Assembly (NCBI GenBank): GCA_964016885.1
Contig: OZ024741.1
Coordinates: 314,340,001 to 314,404,000 of the forward strand
Origin: Eledone cirrhosa
Taxonomy: Eukaryota
Direction of reading: 5' to 3'
DNA: 64,000 bases
Below are positions 56,300 to 64,000 of the stretch, piece by piece. The notes under the pieces were generated by a model. The model did not search any database, was not told the origin of the DNA, and saw only the letters and a program-made list of their open reading frames with translations. The position numbers and the translations under genes were made by a program. The stretch's first letter is position 1. Each line of letters starts with the position of its first letter.

Positions 56300-56560
56300 A
56301 ACGACAACGCCATCACTACAGTCACCGCCGCCGCCGCCCATCCATCATTACTACCACTATCCCATCACCGCCACCACCACTCCTTCATTGCTACCACCGC
56401 TACAACACCATCACTACAGTAATACGATCACATCACCACCACCACTGCCTCAGTATCGACATCACCACCACCACTGCCTCAGTACCGCTACCGCCGCTAT
56501 TCTCTCCCATTACTTCCTGCTAGTTGCTGCTAGCACAGAACCGCCACCACATTATAGAAT
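56300..56560. repeat. (CAC/CAT) low-complexity repeat
   Basis: Directly visible. Confidence 0.75.
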
Positions 56561-56849
56561 TCCTACTAAAAAAGAGGAAGGCATCAAAATATATAGATAG
56601 ACTCAAAAGAAAAAACAAAAATCAAAACCAAAGCAGCACAGCAACAACAACAACAAAAAACAGAGAAAAACAAAAACAGAAAAAACGTAAAGAAAATAAG
56701 AATGAAGAGAGAAACAAGCGGACGGACAGAGAAGAGAAGGGAAAAACTAAGTCAGACATTCGAACACTACATTACCATGAAACTTATGCTTATTCATTTT
56801 TGGGTTTTTTTCTGCCTGTTTGTTTGTTTGTTTATTTGTGTTCGTCTAC

Positions 56850-59800
56850 AGCGTGGTGATAATGCCAGACAAGAGCCAAGTGGAGCGGCGCAACCACCGG
56901 AGACGGTGAATCCACCGGTGGTTATGTAACCATACATTCGCCAATCCTCGATAAGAGTGTTTAAATATCGAACCTAAACAGTTCGAATAACGGTGAAATG
57001 TAGACTAGAACATCATGTGACAGACTCTCACCCAACAGGTGCTCCCTGGCTCAGCAGCAGGGACCTGGCTGTCAACCAAATACTGCTGGTGTCGGAGGAA
57101 GAAGAAGAAGGAAAGGGACCAGAACCAACTGGACGAAATAATTCAATAGAACTGTTATGCAATGTTACCTGAAAAGTAACCCCAAGTAGAAGGGCTATAG
57201 GAGACGGACGCATTACATCTGGAACGAGATTGGTCTATTTAGATTAGATGAACAAAAATTGGCCGGGCAGGCTCGGGTAATAAGAACTAATGGGTGGATA
57301 AGCGAGCTGGAACTGGAGGAACTGAGCAGAGAGATTAGCTTGGAGATGGAGGGTGGAGTATGCCAGGCAAACGAGCCAGTGGGAAATGAAGGTGAAGAGG
57401 TCGAGAGAACGGAGGAACCACCCGAAGCAGACAATGATCTGAATACTGAGATAAATAATACCTGGAACAGAGATACGGCCACTGAGGAGATGAATGCTGA
57501 TGGGCTAGGCCAAGATTCGGTTGACGTGCTAAATTTAGTGGTAGATGAATTGAACAATGATAGTGGGAGGCCTATGAACCTAAGATTTGTAGACAGGAAA
57601 AAGTTAAAAGAAACAACAGCTAAGGTAAACAAAGTCATCCCATACCTTGAGGCGAAGAAACTTCACCAGTGCAACAATATCCTCAAAGCAACAGCAAATA
57701 CGGTGAGGAAACTACTTGGTATAAATGCGAGAGGAAACAACAGACAAGAAAGAGCAGAGCCTTGGTGGAAGAAACGACTGAGTGGTCAAATCAGGGAAAT
57801 GAGAAATGACATTGGAAAGCTTGAGTCACTACTGAATGGGACACTGACGAAAAAAGACACTAAAAATAGACTGGAAATAAAGTACAAAACTAGGAGGAAA
57901 AAGTTAAATATTATCATAGAGGAACTGAAGCAACGCATTGTAGCAAAGAGTGCAAAAATCAGGCGATACGAGAACAGAGTCAGTCAGTATAAACAGAACC
58001 GCATGTTCGACAACAACCAGAAGATGCTGTTTGGACAGCTTGAAGGGAAAGAAAGAGGCAACGACCTGATCCCTAAGGCGGAACAAACTAGAACATTCTG
58101 GAGAGGAATATGGGAGCAGGATGTTAGACATAATGACCAGGCAGTGTGGATTGAGACAGTACAGAGGGAGATCGGTGAGCAGGCACACCAACAAACTGAT
58201 TTGAGTATCACAGTTGAAACTCTTAAGGGGCAGGCCAAAAAACTAGCCAACTGGAAATCACCAGGCCCAGATGGTGTGCAGGGGTATTGGATTAAAAATA
58301 TAACATCCCTCCACCCGAAACTGACAACCATGTTCAATGACTGCTTGATGTCAGGTGAGGTACCAGAGTGGTTGACAAAAGGTACCACAGTTCTGATAAT
58401 GAAAGACCGAATCAAGGGTAATGATGTTACCATCTATGGGACCTATCACATGTCTGTCCGTAATGTGGAAACTGTTGACGAGCATTCTGTCTGAGGAAAT
58501 CTACCATCACCTCCACACAAACAACTTGTTACCGGACGAACAGAAAGGATGCCGAAAGAAGTCACGTGGTACAAAGGACCAGTTACTTATTGATAAGATG
58601 GTAATGGGGAATTGCAGGAGGAGACACACTGATCTTGCCATGGTATGGATAGACTACAGAAAGGCATTTGACATGGTGCCTCATTCTTGGATCACCAAAA
58701 GCCTGGAGATCTTCAAGGTGGCAGAAAACATCATACAGTTGTTGGGCAAGAGTATGAGGTCCTGGGAAACAGAGTTGACATCAACTGGAGAATCCTTGGG
58801 AAGCGTGAATATCAAGAGAGGTATCTTCCAAGGAGATAGCCTGTCCCCTCTGTTGTTTGTCCTTGCCCTGATGCCCCTGACCAGTGTACTGCGAAAGGTG
58901 AGCGCAGGATACAGATTGTGAAAGGGAGGGCTTACCATCAATCACCTCCTCTTCATGGACGATCTTAAGCTCTTCGGGAAAAGTGAGAAGGAGTTGGATG
59001 TGCTTGTTGACACTGTCCCTATTTTCAGCAGTGATATATGTATGCAGTTTGGTATTAGTAAGTGTGGAGTCATTGTGATAAGGAGGGGTAGGTTGAGCAG
59101 AAGTAACGGAATCCGATACCAACAGGTGAGATGATAAAGGAAATTGACTCTGAGGAAGGATACAAGTATTTGGGCGTTCTGGAGGCTGATTGCATAAAGA
59201 ACAAAAATATGAAGGAATTGTTAAGAACTGAATACATTCGGAGAGTAAGGAGCGTATTGAAATCACATCTGAACAGCAGAAATGCCATAAGCGCAGTAAA
59301 TTCCCGAGCTGTGTCTATTATTAGGTACAGTGCGGGAATTCTGAGATGGAATGTTGCTGAACAAAAAGAAATGGATAGGAAGACTAGGAAGCTATTGACT
59401 ATCTACAACATGTTCCACAAGAGGAGTGATGTCGATAGACTCTGCTTAAGGAGATCTGAGGGTGGAAGAGGTCTTATCAGCATAGAGGACTGTGTTCAGA
59501 TGGAGAAAAACAACCTACACAAATACGTGACTGATAGTAATGAGCCAATGCTCAGAACTGTACTGAAGGAGGGGACAATAGGCCAGGGGATGTCCAAGGA
59601 GGTAATAACATCAAGGAGAAAGAGCAGCCTTCAGGAAAAATCCCTTCATAGTACCTTCTTTGAGAAAATTGAATTCAGAGATCCACAGACATGGAACTGG
59701 TTGAGAAGAGGAGACCTTAAAAAGGCTACAGAAGGAATGTTAATGGCTGCGCAGGAGTACGCCCTAAAAACGAAGTGGTTGAAACACCATATTTACAAGG

Positions 59801-60463
59801 AGGAGGCTAGCCCACTGTGCAGGATCTGTGGAGAGAGATAGGTAACTGTGGCTCACATTATATCCGAGTGTAAACACCTAGCCCAGACCCACTATAAGGG
59901 CTGGAGACATGATGTGATGGGCAGGGTGATCCACTGACACCTGTGCAAAGTAAACAATTTATCACATTCAGAGAAATGGTATGAGCATTAGCCAGAGGCG
60001 GTGATGGAGAACGATAAGGTGAAGGTGTTGTGGCATTTTAGGATACAGACGGACAAGAAACTGGAACACAATAGACCTGACCTGGTGGTTGTGGACAAAG
60101 AAAAAAGATCGTCTCTGATTGTTGATGTGGCCTGCCCATTCGTCACGAGAGTGCAAGAGAAGGAGAAGGAGAAAATTAACCGATACCAGGACTTAAAGTG
60201 GGAGGTAAAGAGGATTTGGAACTGCCATGAAGTCAAAGTGATCCCGATTGTCATAGGCGCACTGGGGACTATCTCCAAAAGTTTCCAGGGATGGTTAAAG
60301 AAAATCGGCTCCTTCACGCTTTTTGGAACGCTTCAAAAGGCATGCTTGCTGGGAACAGCAAGAATCCTCCGATACATCCTGAATATCTGAGGCTGCAGGT
60401 AGTGGCTTGATATTCATTTCAACAAACTTTCCAGTTAAATAACATCAATGACTGAGACTCAAA

Positions 60464-60510
<47 letters not shown>
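56850..60510 (+). mobile_element. R4/Dong-type RLE LINE, near full length, frameshifted, with (TAA)n tail
   Basis: N-terminal W..N..VMQCY..S.P..GYR..IW...EQKL; WKSPGPDG; FMDD; CRIC; NRPDLVVVD. Confidence 0.93.
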
Positions 60511-60511
<1 letters not shown>

Positions 60512-63259
60512 GCGACTGAGTGGGCAGTGGAAGAAGCGACTGAGTGGGCAAATCGGGGAAATGAGAAATGACATAGGAAAGCTTGAGTCACTACTGAATG
60601 GGACACTAAAAAACATAGGCACTAAAAATAGACTGGAAATAAAATACAAAACTAGGAGTAAAAAGCTAAATATTATCATAGAGGAATTGAAGCAACGCAT
60701 TGTAGCAAAGAGTGCCAAAATCAGGCGATACGAGAACAGAGTCAGTCAGTATAAACAGAACCGCATGTTCGACAACAACCAGAAGATGCTGTTTGGACAG
60801 CTTGAGGGGAAAGAAAGAGGCAACGACTTGAACCCTGGGGCGGAACAAGCTAAAACATTCTGGAGAGGAATATGGGAGCAGGATGTTAGACACAATGCCC
60901 AGGCAGGGTGGATTGAGACAGTACAGAGGGAGATCGGTGAGCAGGCACAACAACAGACTGATTTGAGTATCACAGTTGAAACTCTTAAGGGGCAAGCCAA
61001 AAAACTAACCAACTGGAAATCACCAGGCCCAGATGGTGTGCAGGGGTATTGGATTAAACATTTAACATCCCTCCACCCGAAGCTGACGGCCATGTTCAAT
61101 GACTGCTTGGTGTCGGGTGAGGTGCCAGAGTGGTTGACAAAAGGTACCACAGTTCTGATAATGAAAGACCGAATCAAGGGTAATGATGTTACCAACTATA
61201 GACCTATCACATGTCTGCCCGTAATGTGGAAACTGTTGACGAGCATTGTGTCTGAGGAAATCTACCATCACCTCCACACAAACAACTTGTTACCGGACGA
61301 ACAGAAAGGATGCCGAAAGAAGTCACGTGGTACAAAGGACCAGTTGCTTATTGATAAGATGGTAATGGGGAATTGCAGGAGGAGACACACTGATCTTGCC
61401 ATGGGATGGATAGACTACAGAAAGGCATTTGACATGGTGCCTCATTCCTGGATCACCAAAAGCCTGGAGATCTTCAGGGTGGCAGATAACATCAGACAGT
61501 TGCTGGACAGGAGTATGGGGTCCTGGGAGACAGAGTTGACATCAACTGGAGTATCCTTGGGAAGCGTGAAGATCAAGAGAGGTATCTTCCAGGGAGATAG
61601 CCTGTCCCCTCTGTTGTTTGTCCTTGCCCTGATGCCCTTGACCATTATGCTGCGAAAAGTGAGAGCAGGATACAAGTTGGGAAGGGGAGAGCTTACCATC
61701 AATCACCTCCTCTTCATGGACGATCTTAAGCTCTTCGGGAAAAGTGAGAAGGAGTTGGATGTGCTTGTTGACACTGTCCGTATTTTCAGCAGTGATATAT
61801 GTATGCAGTTTGGTATTGGTAAATGTGGAGTCATTGTGATGAAGAGGGGTAGGTTGAGCAGAAGTAACGGGATCCAGATACCAACAGGTGAGATGATAAA
61901 GGAAATTGACTCTGAGGAAGGATACAAGTATTTGGGCGTTCTGGAGGCTGATTGCATAAAGAACAAAAAAATGAAGGAATTGTTAAGAACTGAATACATT
62001 CGGAGAGTAAGGAGCGTATTGAAGTCACATCTGAACAGCAGAAATGCCATAAGCGCAGTAAATTCCCGAGCTGTGTCTATTATTAGGTACAGTGCGGGAA
62101 TTCTGAGATGGAATGTTGCTGAACAAAAAGAAATGGATAGGAAGACTAGGAAGATATTGACTATCTACAACATGTTCCACAAGGGGAGTGATGTCGATAG
62201 ACTCTACCTAAGGAGATCTGAGGGTGGAAGAGGTCTTATCAGCATAGAGGACTGTGTTCAGATGGAGAAAAACAACCTATACAAATACGTGACCTATAGT
62301 AAGGAGCCAATGCTCAGAGCTGTACTGAAGGAGGGGACAGTAGGCCAGGGGATATCCAAGGAGGAAATAACATCAAGGAGGAAGAGCAGCCTTAAGGGAA
62401 AATCCCTTCATAGTACCTTCTTTGAGAAAACTGAATTTAGAGATCCACAGACATGGAACTGGTTGAGTAGAGGAGACCTCAAAAAGGCTACAGAAGGAAT
62501 GCTAATGGCTGCGCAGGAGCAGGCCCTCAAAACGAAGTGGTTGAAGCACCATATCTACAAGGAGGAGGCTAGCCCACTGTGCAGGATCTGTGGAGAGAGA
62601 GAGGAGACTGTGGCTCACATTGTGTCCGAGTGTAAACACCTAGCCCAGACCCACTATAAGGGCTGGAGACACGATGTGATGGGCAGGGTGATCCACTGGC
62701 ACCTGTGCAAAGTAAACAATCTACCACATTCTGAGAAATGGTATGAGCATAGGCCAGAGGCGGTGATGGAGAACAGTCAGGTGAAGGTGCTGTGGGATTT
62801 TAGGATACAGACGGACAAAAAACTGGAACACAATAGACCTGACCTGGTGGTTGTGGACAAAGAAAAAAGATCGTGCCTGATTGTGGATGTGGCCTGCCCA
62901 TTCGACACGAGAGTGCAAGAGAAGGAGAGGGAGAAAATTAACCGATACCAGGACCTAAAGTGGGAGGTGAAAAGGATTTGGAACTGCCATGAAGTCAAAG
63001 TGATCCCGATTGTCATAGGCGCACTGGGGACTATCTCCAAAGGTTTCCAGGGATGGTTAAAGAAAATCGGCCCCTTCACGCTTTTTGGAACGCTTCAAAA
63101 GGCATGCTTGCTTGGAACAGCAAGAACCCTCCGATACGTCCTGAATATCTGAGGCTGCAGGTAGTGGCTTGATATTCAATCCAACGGACTTTCCAGTTAA
63201 CCAACATCAATGACTGAGATTCAAGGAATAACAATAACAATAATAATAATAATAATAAT
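60510..63259 (+). mobile_element. R4/Dong-type RLE LINE, 5'-truncated young copy of the preceding family
   Basis: Colinear with 57765-60462 and bounded by (TAA)n on both sides. Confidence 0.95.
60561..63152 (+). CDS. RT plus CCHC zinc finger plus restriction-like endonuclease (863 aa, N-terminally truncated)
   Basis: YRPITCL, DYRKAFD, GIFQGDSLSP, FMDD, CRIC..ET..HI..EC, RH, RPD..D..EK..RY, with no internal stops. Confidence 0.93.
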   Translation: MRNDIGKLESLLNGTLKNIGTKNRLEIKYKTRSKKLNIIIEELKQRIVAKSAKIRRYENRVSQYKQNRMFDNNQKMLFGQLEGKERGNDLNPGAEQAKTFWRGIWEQDVRHNAQAGWIETVQREIGEQAQQQTDLSITVETLKGQAKKLTNWKSPGPDGVQGYWIKHLTSLHPKLTAMFNDCLVSGEVPEWLTKGTTVLIMKDRIKGNDVTNYRPITCLPVMWKLLTSIVSEEIYHHLHTNNLLPDEQKGCRKKSRGTKDQLLIDKMVMGNCRRRHTDLAMGWIDYRKAFDMVPHSWITKSLEIFRVADNIRQLLDRSMGSWETELTSTGVSLGSVKIKRGIFQGDSLSPLLFVLALMPLTIMLRKVRAGYKLGRGELTINHLLFMDDLKLFGKSEKELDVLVDTVRIFSSDICMQFGIGKCGVIVMKRGRLSRSNGIQIPTGEMIKEIDSEEGYKYLGVLEADCIKNKKMKELLRTEYIRRVRSVLKSHLNSRNAISAVNSRAVSIIRYSAGILRWNVAEQKEMDRKTRKILTIYNMFHKGSDVDRLYLRRSEGGRGLISIEDCVQMEKNNLYKYVTYSKEPMLRAVLKEGTVGQGISKEEITSRRKSSLKGKSLHSTFFEKTEFRDPQTWNWLSRGDLKKATEGMLMAAQEQALKTKWLKHHIYKEEASPLCRICGEREETVAHIVSECKHLAQTHYKGWRHDVMGRVIHWHLCKVNNLPHSEKWYEHRPEAVMENSQVKVLWDFRIQTDKKLEHNRPDLVVVDKEKRSCLIVDVACPFDTRVQEKEREKINRYQDLKWEVKRIWNCHEVKVIPIVIGALGTISKGFQGWLKKIGPFTLFGTLQKACLLGTARTLRYVLNI

Positions 63260-64000
63260 GGCGGCCGGCGGGGAATAGCCGTGTCTCTAGGGGAGAACGA
63301 CCCCTCTAGTCTTGGTTGACACTCGTTCTAGAAGTGGTAACACGAAATGATTACTCCTTGGCGGATAAGGATAAAACGCGACAAAATAAAGTAAATGTCT
63401 AATGATAAAATCTCATACCGGATCGGCCGTCACCCGGGTAAAAAAGGGCCGCGTCCCTCAGAGAGGAACCAGACTGGGGTCGAAAAATCAGCTAATGGTT
63501 CAAACCTTCCCATCACTTCGGAGCTGGAGACCTCCCATAACCGGAATACTCCTACTGTTGGCCCTCCGTGCTCACCACCAAGAAATCCAAAGAAAAAGAG
63601 AGAAAAATGGTCAAGGGAAGATAATAAAGAAGTCCTTGAGGCTTTCTACACTGCCATGTACTACCCATCAAATACATCGAATACAGAACAGACATATATC
63701 AACTGCAAAAAGAAACATCCCGAAAACAGAGGCTATATTGACAGTAACAAACTAGCCAATATACGAAGAAATATTGTAAGAAAAAAGTTACTAACTGATA
63801 TAGAAATTGATCAGATCAAGCTATTAGCACAAAGTCAGCGAAGGGAAAATGAAACATGTGTCAGTGAAAACGAGGTAAACAGTAACACTTCGAATCCCAG
63901 GGTTGGGGCGGAATCACTGGCAACAGAACAAATTAAAGAAAGGAGCGAAAAAGTGGAGGGAGTGCATGCTCAGGATGAAACTCCAAATGAAAATAATGAG
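63260..64000 (+). mobile_element. 5' end of another R4/Dong-type LINE
   Basis: Begins directly after (TAA)n with a structured 5' UTR, followed by an open ORF. Confidence 0.8.
63395..64000 (+). CDS. N-terminus of an R4/Dong ORF, open to the window end and absent from the ORF track
   Basis: Manual translation from ATG 63395: MSNDKISYRIG...REKWSREDNKEVLEAFYTAMYYP...W/C-position...IDSNKLANIRRNIVRKKLLTDIEIDQIK. It parallels the N-terminal motif at ~57130-57320. Confidence 0.78.
   Translation, partial: MSNDKISYRIGRHPGKKGPRPSERNQTGVEKSANGSNLPITSELETSHNRNTPTVGPPCSPPRNPKKKREKWSREDNKEVLEAFYTAMYYPSNTSNTEQTYINCKKKHPENRGYIDSNKLANIRRNIVRKKLLTDIEIDQIKLLAQSQRRENETCVSENEVNSNTSNPRVGAESLATEQIKERSEKVEGVHAQDETPNENNE

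Noticed and set aside
57213-63079. Antisense ORFs over the Dong, L1 and PLE coding regions
   Set aside because: They are shadows of the sense ORFs.
63259-63500. HDV-like ribozyme call
   Set aside because: A P1-like pairing exists, but the P1.1 (CC/GG), L3 and J4/2 elements could not be placed.
63402-63755. 117-aa ORF from the track
   Set aside because: The conserved Dong N-terminal motifs lie in the frame starting at 63395.

Overview
A repeat-saturated animal (eukaryotic) genomic segment with no recognisable host gene. The tRNA-derived SINE resembles octopus SINEs from my memory, so an octopod cephalopod is inferred but not verified. The window holds nested retroelements: at least five Penelope-like elements (PLEs; Hydra-like, Naiad-like and Penelope/Poseidon-like), three large L1/Tx1 LINEs plus 3' fragments, a decayed CR1, RTE fragments, a decayed hAT transposon, and a head-to-tail array of four R4/Dong-type RLE LINEs in (TAA)n. 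One Dong copy has an uninterrupted 863-aa ORF. The most notable feature is a dense set of hammerhead ribozyme (HHR) motifs from several sequence-unrelated families. These include a non-coding ~440-bp tandem/inverted array with one minimal type I HHR per unit (retrozyme-like) and a family with a full stem III and a variant core. There is also a cluster of three foldback palindromes at 26.8-30.0 kb and a 476-bp templated insertion copied between two convergent L1 elements. All alignments and folds were done by eye; boundaries are approximate unless stated.
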